Positions 57,935 through 64,000 of a stretch of 64,000 nucleotides of DNA are shown in pieces (position 1 is the stretch's first letter; every line of letters begins with the position of its first letter). The notes under the pieces are model-generated. The model was not told the DNA's origin. It saw only the letters and a program-made list of their open reading frames with translations, and made no database searches. A program made the position numbers and the translations under genes. Source of the stretch: an uncultured Actinomycetota bacterium (GTDB lineage: Bacteria; Actinomycetota; Actinomycetes; Actinomycetales; CAWJMD01); NCBI GenBank assembly GCA_963835085.1, contig CAWIED010000001.1, forward strand, positions 78,270 through 142,269. The letters are read 5' to 3'.

Positions 57935-59343
57935 CTCTGTTGCTCTGCGGCGTACACATCGCCGCCGGAGCAGAGGCGCTGGCCCTGGCCCTGGTCACCA
58001 CGATCGAGACCGGCATGGGATCGGTGCTGGGCCACATCGCGATCATCATCGCCCTGGGCGCGATGGTCGGGCGGATCATCGAACTCTCCGGTGGCGCCCA
58101 GGCACTGGCGACCACCCTGATGGAGAAGTTCGGCAGTCGCCGGACGCCGCTGGCACTCACCGCCGCCGGCTTCCTGCTCGGCATCCCGGTGTTTTTCGAG
58201 GTAGGCGTGATCATCCTGATGCCGCTGGCGTACGGGGTCGCGAAGGCTGCCAAGAAGCCGCTGCTGCTCTACGCACTGCCGATGTGTTCGGCGATGCTAG
58301 TCGTGCACGCCTTCATACCGCCGCACCCGGGCCCAGTGGCCATTGCCGGCATCTTCGGCGCTGACATCGGCCGGATCCTGATGTGGGGCCTTCCGCTGAC
58401 CGCGATCGTGGCCTTTGCCTGCTACCTGGTCGCTAGTCGGATGAACAAGAAGATCTACCCGATGAGCGACGACGTCCGGGCTGAGGTATACGGAATCGAT
58501 GTGACCGACGAGGACATCGTCGACTGGGTGGCGAATCCGGAATCAGCGCACACCGGCAGTCCGTCCGGCCATCACCTGGACGCGAAGGGCGGTGAGCACG
58601 CCGGGTTGAGCGCGGCCGAGGAACTGGCATCGGTCGACGTCCTGACCCGACGGTTGCCGGCCGGTCCGGCGCCCAGCTTCGGGATGATCGCGTCGCTCAT
58701 CATCCTGCCGATCGTGCTGATCCTGCTGGGTACCTTGGCGACCAGCTTCCTGGCCGAGGGCAATGCCGTCCGCTTGGTGCTGATGGTGCTGGGTGCGCCG
58801 TTCGTCGCCCTGCTGCTCGATGCGCTGCTGTGCGGGTATCTGCTCGGCATCCGGCGCGGCTGGAGCCTGCAGGACGTCGGCGACGTGATGGGTTCGGCGA
58901 TCCCGCCGGTCGCCATGGTGATCCTGATCGCCGGTGCGGGCGGTGTGTTCGGCAAGGTCCTGGTGGCGACCCACATCGGCGATGCGGTGGCTGACGTGCT
59001 GCAAGCCACCGGCCTGCCGATCCTGGTCCTCGCCTTCCTCTTCACCGGGCTGCTGCGGGCGGTGCAGGGATCCGCCACGGTCGCCCTGGTCACCACGGCA
59101 GGGGTGATCGCGCCGCTGATCGCGGCCGCCCAGTACAACCCGAACCAGTTGGCGCTGGTCTGCCTGGCGATGGGTGCGGGCGCACTGGCCCTCTCGCACA
59201 TCAATGACGCCGGCTACTGGATCGTGGTCAAGCTCTCCGGCCTCTCGGTGGGTGACGGCCTGAAGACCTGGACCACGCTCACCACCATCGGCGGTGTGCT
59301 GGGCCTCGTCCTGGTGGCGGCCGCCTGGCCGCTGGTCAGCTAG
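57931..59343 (+). CDS. GntP-family (gluconate:H+ symporter-like) permease
   Basis: IETGMGSVLGHIAIIIALGAMVGR, FFEVGVIILMPL, HAFIPPHPGP and INDAGYW blocks. The TTG start overlaps the upstream stop. The N-terminus is about 20 aa shorter than canonical GntT-type proteins. Confidence 0.8.
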   Translation: MTLLLCGVHIAAGAEALALALVTTIETGMGSVLGHIAIIIALGAMVGRIIELSGGAQALATTLMEKFGSRRTPLALTAAGFLLGIPVFFEVGVIILMPLAYGVAKAAKKPLLLYALPMCSAMLVVHAFIPPHPGPVAIAGIFGADIGRILMWGLPLTAIVAFACYLVASRMNKKIYPMSDDVRAEVYGIDVTDEDIVDWVANPESAHTGSPSGHHLDAKGGEHAGLSAAEELASVDVLTRRLPAGPAPSFGMIASLIILPIVLILLGTLATSFLAEGNAVRLVLMVLGAPFVALLLDALLCGYLLGIRRGWSLQDVGDVMGSAIPPVAMVILIAGAGGVFGKVLVATHIGDAVADVLQATGLPILVLAFLFTGLLRAVQGSATVALVTTAGVIAPLIAAAQYNPNQLALVCLAMGAGALALSHINDAGYWIVVKLSGLSVGDGLKTWTTLTTIGGVLGLVLVAAAWPLVS

Positions 59344-59377
59344 CGACGTCCAGACCGGCTACGGATGGCCAAGAGCT

Positions 59378-59405
59378 GCGCCCTCCCACTCGTGTGGGAG
59401 GGCGC
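59378..59405 (+). terminator. Candidate intrinsic terminator hairpin downstream of the GntP gene
   Basis: Perfect 12-bp stem GCGCCCTCCCAC / GTGGGAGGGCGC with loop TCGT, 35 nt after the stop. No U-tract follows, which is common in high-GC actinobacteria. Confidence 0.5.
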
Positions 59406-59797
59406 GGTCTCGCCCTATCCTGACGCCGGCGACTGAACCGAGGATCGTGAGGCGAGAGTCTTGATGAGGCGGCGGGATAGGCCTGAGGTGCCAATGACAA
59501 GCCAACTGAAGCAGGGCTCCGTTCTTCGAACTCGACGCTGCTTATCCGACTTTGAGGAACTCGCCCCGAACAACAGATCTCTTCAATGAGGGAAGACATG
59601 GAGGCTGTACTGCAGGTCTGGGTCGAGCTTTCCGAGTGACTTACGGTATCCGGAGGAAGAGTGGGTCAGCGCAAGATTCACAAAGTGGACGGACGGAGAA
59701 GTTTCATTCCCGGCCGGCCTCGCTTACGCGCTGGGAGCTGCGCGAGGCGAGGCGTCACAGTTGCTAGCTGAAATTTTCCACCCGGCTCAATCTTTGA

Positions 59798-60013
59798 TCA
59801 GGATTCTGCGGACGAACCGGCGTCCGAGAGGGGCGTGAGGGTTGCATCGGTGCTGCCAGTGAGCAACCAGTGGAGTCCATGCCAGGCCTTGTCGAGATCG
59901 ACGGACATCGCGTCGTCTTCTGCTTCGAGCAAGTCGTCCAGGCCGTCCGGATCTTCCAGAAGTCCGCGTGCGGTGGCAGCGTCGCATCGAAAGCCCATCC
60001 ACGTCATTCCCAT
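59798..60013 (-). pseudogene. YfbM/DUF1877-like protein, N-terminal fragment only
   Basis: MGMTWMGF...SVDLDKAWHGLHWLLTGS matches the N-terminal about 70 aa pattern of YfbM-type proteins (MGM..., DIDK.W..LH..LTG). Full-length members are about 160 aa. The downstream 59410-59797 is AT-richer with no continuation that I could find in any frame. Confidence 0.45.
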
Positions 60014-60190
60014 CGGGTCATAGTAGGGCCTAACGGCGTTGCTCTGCTCGGATTCGCATGCCTCTTTTCACGTGCCGACCGACTCGCCACCATAGGGATG
60101 CATATTTGGTAGAGGGGATAAGTCCAGTGTTGCCGGCGATAGTGCAAGGCAGTCGCCAAAGCGCGCCAAGTACCGGCCAAGCGGAGCCTG

Positions 60191-60874
60191 CTACTCCGGC
60201 ACGCGCCAGTCGACGGGGTCTGCCCCGAGCTCGGCGAGTAAGTCGTTGGTTCGGCTGAAGGGCCTGGAGCCGAAGAACCCGCTGGAGGCGGACAACGGGC
60301 TGGGGTGGGGACTCATCACCGTGGGCACCTCCTCACCCAGCAAGCCCACCAGGCTCTGGGCATCGCGTCCCCACAGGATCGCCACCAGCGGCTCGTCACG
60401 GGCCACCAGGGCGCGCACGGCGGCCGCAGTCACTTCTTCCCAGCCGCGGCCCCGGTGCGAGCCGGGCTTGCCCGGCGTCACCGTGAGCACTCTGTTAAGC
60501 AGCAGCACGCCCTGGGCCGACCAGGCCGACAGGTCGCCGTGCGAGGGAGTCGGCACACCGAGATCGGTGCCGAGCTCGGTGTAGATGTTCTGCAGGCTGC
60601 GCGGCAGCGGCCGCACCGACCTATCGACGGCGAACGACAAACCAATCGGGTGACCCGGGGTGGGGTACGGATCTTGACCCACGATGAGCACGCGCACCTC
60701 GTCCAGCGGCTGGGAGAAGGCGCGCAGCACATTGGGTCCCGCGGGGAGGTACCCGCGGCCCGCCGCCACCTCGGCGCGCAGCATCTCTCCGAGCTGCGCC
60801 ACGAGCCCGGAGACCGGCTCAAGGGCCGGGGCCCAACTCGGATGCACCAGCTCTGTGATCGGACGCGCACTCAT
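60191..60874 (-). CDS. ung: Uracil-DNA glycosylase (family 1)
   Basis: [22 protein letters not shown] (water-activating loop), LLLNRVLTV, and the HPSPLSA leucine-loop motif. Confidence 0.9.
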   Translation of the reverse strand: MSARPITELVHPSWAPALEPVSGLVAQLGEMLRAEVAAGRGYLPAGPNVLRAFSQPLDEVRVLIVGQDPYPTPGHPIGLSFAVDRSVRPLPRSLQNIYTELGTDLGVPTPSHGDLSAWSAQGVLLLNRVLTVTPGKPGSHRGRGWEEVTAAAVRALVARDEPLVAILWGRDAQSLVGLLGEEVPTVMSPHPSPLSASSGFFGSRPFSRTNDLLAELGADPVDWRVPE

Positions 60875-60931
60875 GGCCGACGTCCTCGCGAGGAGAATGA
60901 CATGCCTGTCATTCTGTCCTAGGCTCGGCTC

Positions 60932-61243
60932 ATGGACGCGCTCCGCATCGACAGTGTCGACGACTCAGTCGGCGATGCCGGCTCCGAGCACGACGAGTTG
61001 AGCGAGCGCGATCGTCGGATTCTGGAGTTCGAGAAGACCTGGTGGCGTTACGCAGGCTCGAAGGAGCAGGCCGCCCGCGAGCTCTTCGAGTTGTCGGCTA
61101 CGCGCTACTACCAGGTGCTCAACGCTTTGATCGATTCGCCGGCCGCTTTGCGTGCCGAGCCCATGTTGGTTAAGCGACTGCGTAGGATGCGGACGTCCCG
61201 GCAGCAGGCGCGATCCGCCCGTCGGCTGGGAGCCAACGCCTGA
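60932..61243 (+). CDS. DUF3263-domain protein
   Basis: [51 protein letters not shown] is the typical DUF3263 pattern. Confidence 0.8.
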   Translation: MDALRIDSVDDSVGDAGSEHDELSERDRRILEFEKTWWRYAGSKEQAARELFELSATRYYQVLNALIDSPAALRAEPMLVKRLRRMRTSRQQARSARRLGANA

Positions 61244-61259
61244 GGGGAGCTCGCAGCAG

Positions 61260-61928
61260 ATGACCGCCAACGACGATTCGAACACGAAGGCGGACGAGGC
61301 GCCGAGCGGTGAGCACCTGAACGAGCTGACCTCAGTGGGCACCGAGGTCGACGACGAGAAGCACAGCTACCCTCGCGACGAGTTCGATGTCGACGTGGTG
61401 CCCGGCCAGCGTCGTGGGGCGCACCGGGTGGCCACTGCTCCGCTGGTGGCCGCCCTGCCATGGATTCTCGCGGGGCTGTTCGCGCTGGCTGTCATCGTCA
61501 CCATTGTCACGGCCTACAGCGGCTTCGGCTCCACGGCCGAAGCTCCCATCGTCGCGTCGCATTCGGCCTCCAGTAAACCCACCGCTACGGCCTCGGCCAC
61601 GGGTACCGCCACTGCCTCCGCCTCTCCTACTGCCACCGTTCCCCCCGATGTCGACAAGGGCGTGCAGTTGCTCGTGCTCAACGGCACCTACACGAACTCG
61701 CTCACGCGCAAGGCCACCAAGAAACTTCGCGACGACGGTTGGATCGTCACCGACACGGCCAACAACGACGACCGCAGGGTTGCCGAGACGTTCGTGGTCT
61801 ACAAGGACCCCACCCTGAAAGACACTGCCGACGCGCTCGCGACCTTCCTGGGGGGCGGCACCACCAACCTCGACACCACGCTGCCCGAAGACATGCGCGT
61901 GGTGCTCGGCCAGAACTTCAAGGGCTGA
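61260..61928 (+). CDS. LytR_C-domain membrane-anchored protein
   Basis: A single TM (LPWILAGLFALAVIVTIV), a Thr/Ala/Ser linker, and a C-terminal LytR_C-like block (VQLLVLNGTYTNSLTRKATKKLRDDGWIV...VVLGQNF). Start taken at ATG 61260. Confidence 0.75.
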   Translation: MTANDDSNTKADEAPSGEHLNELTSVGTEVDDEKHSYPRDEFDVDVVPGQRRGAHRVATAPLVAALPWILAGLFALAVIVTIVTAYSGFGSTAEAPIVASHSASSKPTATASATGTATASASPTATVPPDVDKGVQLLVLNGTYTNSLTRKATKKLRDDGWIVTDTANNDDRRVAETFVVYKDPTLKDTADALATFLGGGTTNLDTTLPEDMRVVLGQNFKG

Positions 61929-61936
61929 GTGCCTCG

Positions 61937-61981
61937 TTGATGAAACAGATTTTGATGAAACAGATTTTGATGACACAGATT
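61937..61981. repeat. Three tandem 15-bp direct repeats in the 76-nt gap upstream of the oxidoreductase gene
   Basis: TTGATGAAACAGATT / TTGATGAAACAGATT / TTGATGACACAGATT. The region is strikingly AT-rich for this genome. Confidence 0.85.
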
Positions 61982-62004
61982 CGCCCAATGGGCCACGTCG
62001 ACTG

Positions 62005-63471
62005 ATGGCACAACTCGACGCCGTCGTCATCGGCTCCGGTCCCAACGGGCTGGCTGCGGCGGTCGTGCTTGCCCGGGCCGGGCTGCAGGTGCAGGTGCTC
62101 GAGGCCGAAGCAACCCTCGGTGGGGGAGCGCGCACCCTCGATCTCGGGCTGGCACCAGGCATCGTGCATGACGTGTGCTCGGCAGTACATCCGATGGCGG
62201 TTGCCTCGCCCTTTCTGCGGGCTTTCGACCTCCCCGCGCGCGGGGTGCAGCTGCACACTCCGGAGCTTGCCTACGCCCAGCCGCTGGACGGTGGCCGCGC
62301 CGGGTTGGCCTGGACCGACATCGAACGCACCTGTGCCGGACTCGGTGTCGACGGGCCGGCCTGGCGCTCCCTGCTCGGGCCGCTGGCCAGTCACCGAGCG
62401 GGCCTGGTGGAGGTCGCGCTCGGCGACCGTCGGGGCCTGCCGCGCGACCTGGGCACGGCGCTGCGCTTCTCACGGGCTGTGCTGGAGCAGGGAACCCCAT
62501 TGTGGAACAAGCGGTTTCGCACGGAGGAAGCAGCCGCGCTGCTCACCGGCGTGGCGATGCACGCGATCGCGCCGCTGCCCGGCCTCGCACCTGCCGGAGC
62601 CGGTCTGCTGCTCGCCGGGCTCGCCCACGCAGACGGCTGGCCACTCCCCGTGGGTGGCAGCCAGGCGATCACAGACGCGCTGGTGGCCGACATTCGAGCG
62701 CACGGTGGGCAGGTGCTCACCGAACAGCGGGTCACGACCTTCGCCGAGCTGCCCTCGGCCCGCTGCTACCTCTTCGACACCACCCCGCGCGCGGTCGCTG
62801 ACATTCTCGGCGGCCTGCTCCCCAGCCGGTGGGCAACGGCGATGCGGCGCTTCCGCTACGGCAACGCCGCGGCCAAGGTCGACTTCGTGCTCTCGGGCCC
62901 GGTGCCGTGGACGCATGCCGACGTGAGGCGGGCGGGCACCATCCACGTCGGCGGTTCGCGGGCGGAGATGGTGGCGGCCGAGGCCGCAGTGCACGCCGGG
63001 CGGCACGCGGAGCGTCCTGCGGTGCTCGTCAGCGACCCTGCAGTGTTCGACCCAGGGCGGCTCAGCTCGTCAGCCGGCAGCCAGCTGCGTCCGTTGTGGA
63101 CGTATGCCCACGTACCCGCCGGCTCCACCCGCGACGTGACGGCCGATGTCTGCGCCCAACTCGAACGGTTCGCGCCAGGATTCCGCGACCTGGTGGTTGC
63201 CAGCCGCTGTATCCCGGCAGCGCAGTTGAGCCAGCACAACGCCAACTACATCGGCGGTGACATCGCTGCCGGCGCGGTGAATCTGTGGCAGGTGATCGCT
63301 CGTCCGACGCTGCCGCCCAACCCGTACCGCGTGGGATTGGACGGCGTCTACATCTGCTCGGCATCGGCCAGCCCTGGCCCGGGTGTGCACGGGTTGTGCG
63401 GGGCCTATGCCGCGCGCCGGGCGCTGGCCGAGCGCTTCGGCATCAACCGGCTGCCGAGCCTCGTGCCGTAA
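62005..63471 (+). CDS. Phytoene desaturase (CrtI)-family NAD(P)/FAD-dependent oxidoreductase
   Basis: N-terminal dinucleotide fold DAVVIGSGPNGLAAAVVLARAGLQVQVLEA..TLGGGART. 488 aa. Confidence 0.85.
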   Translation: MAQLDAVVIGSGPNGLAAAVVLARAGLQVQVLEAEATLGGGARTLDLGLAPGIVHDVCSAVHPMAVASPFLRAFDLPARGVQLHTPELAYAQPLDGGRAGLAWTDIERTCAGLGVDGPAWRSLLGPLASHRAGLVEVALGDRRGLPRDLGTALRFSRAVLEQGTPLWNKRFRTEEAAALLTGVAMHAIAPLPGLAPAGAGLLLAGLAHADGWPLPVGGSQAITDALVADIRAHGGQVLTEQRVTTFAELPSARCYLFDTTPRAVADILGGLLPSRWATAMRRFRYGNAAAKVDFVLSGPVPWTHADVRRAGTIHVGGSRAEMVAAEAAVHAGRHAERPAVLVSDPAVFDPGRLSSSAGSQLRPLWTYAHVPAGSTRDVTADVCAQLERFAPGFRDLVVASRCIPAAQLSQHNANYIGGDIAAGAVNLWQVIARPTLPPNPYRVGLDGVYICSASASPGPGVHGLCGAYAARRALAERFGINRLPSLVP

Positions 63472-63562
63472 CCCTGGTCGGACAAATCGGAATCTGCGGA
63501 CGCCTACCGCCAGGTGTGAGCGTCCGCACCCTGCATCAGTACCCGGCAGCCGAGCTTCCTGT

Positions 63563-63649
63563 GTCCCTTATCCGACACGAATTCAAACTGGCGAAGCTGG
63601 CTGAGCACGAAATCCAAGCCCGCCGTCAGAATCGTGTCGGATAAAGGAC
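63563..63649 (+). repeat. Long-stem repeat element, GGCTGAGCAC-core family, copy D
   Basis: Arms GTCCCTTATCCGACACG (63563-63579) / CGTGTCGGATAAAGGAC (63633-63649). Core GGCTGAGCACGAAATCC at 63599-63615. It lies in the convergent gap between the oxidoreductase and the AEC transporter genes. Confidence 0.75.
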
Positions 63650-63681
63650 ATCAGCCGAGCTAGACCCGGGTGGGAGCCGCC

Positions 63682-64000
63682 CTAAGCCGTCAGGAAGATG
63701 ACGGCGAGGGCCAGGGGGAGGCTCACGATGATGGACAGAGACACCGTGTTGACGGTGAGCTTGACGTCCAGGTTCTCCATGGTTGCGAAAGCGACGATGA
63801 AGAAGGGCGTGGGCGCCACGGCCATGAGCAGCAGAACTGTGCGGTCGGCACCGGTCAGGCCGAAGACCAGGATGACGGCGACGGCCACGGCCATGGCCGA
63901 CGCGAGCCGTCCCGCGTAGATCAGGGCGGCCTTCGCGACGCCTTTGCCCGGGGGCTCGAACTGGATGCCGACGGCGATGGCCATCAGGATTCCGGTTGCT
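63682..64000 (-). CDS. AEC-family (auxin efflux carrier-like) transporter, C-terminal part; gene continues beyond the window
   Basis: Hydrophobic C-terminal helices (...LLLMAVAPTPFFIVAFATMENLDVKLTVNTVSLSIIVSLPLALAVIFL). The frame stays open to the window edge upstream of the listed Met. Confidence 0.7.
   Translation of the reverse strand, partial: ATGILMAIAVGIQFEPPGKGVAKAALIYAGRLASAMAVAVAVILVFGLTGADRTVLLLMAVAPTPFFIVAFATMENLDVKLTVNTVSLSIIVSLPLALAVIFLTA

Noticed and set aside
63596-63615. Hammerhead-like CUGA...GAAA in the conserved core (GGCUGAGCACGAAAUCC)
   Set aside because: There is no room for a stem II between the CUGANGA-like and GAAA boxes, and there are no flanking stems I/III in the right register.

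Overview
High-GC (roughly 68-70% by eye) actinobacterial chromosomal segment. The ung / DUF3263 / LytR_C neighbourhood, LigD and IdeR-type iron boxes suggest a Micrococcales-like organism, but this is unverified. I can support about 55 protein genes. They include a mannitol PTS operon (mtlA-mtlD), a GGDEF protein, a PLP decarboxylase, folE beside an ArsR-like regulator, and an iron-siderophore binding protein. There is also a PE-Pol LigD, a translationally coupled Wzx/Wzy-type polysaccharide operon (21.9-29.8 kb), and a FAD oxidoreductase / shikimate-DH-like pair. A urease cluster (fused ureAB, ureC, ureF, ureG, ureD, no ureE) sits next to an NCS1-like permease. Further genes are GH31, a ~1180-aa DUF4011-like SF1 helicase homologue whose catalytic motifs all look degenerate, a ThrE-family exporter, GntP permease and ung. 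RNA and mobile content: tRNA-Arg(CCT), a complete IS5/IS427-group IS with CTAG flanks, and an internally deleted IS21-family element with intact multi-repeat ends. Most interesting non-coding signals: (1) a four-copy family of ~90-nt long-stem elements with an invariant GGCTGAGCAC core and compensatory arm changes, which I cannot assign to a known class; (2) an 8.4-unit, 73-bp tandem array between the polysaccharide operon and the IS21 relic; (3) three IdeR/DtxR-like iron boxes, one of them orphan. At least seven genes carry single-nucleotide frame disruptions, and five of these are an extra C in a C-run. That points either to systematic assembly error or to ongoing gene decay. The leuA-like gene also lacks about 130-150 internal codons. 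No recognisable defence system, prophage or CRISPR array is present.
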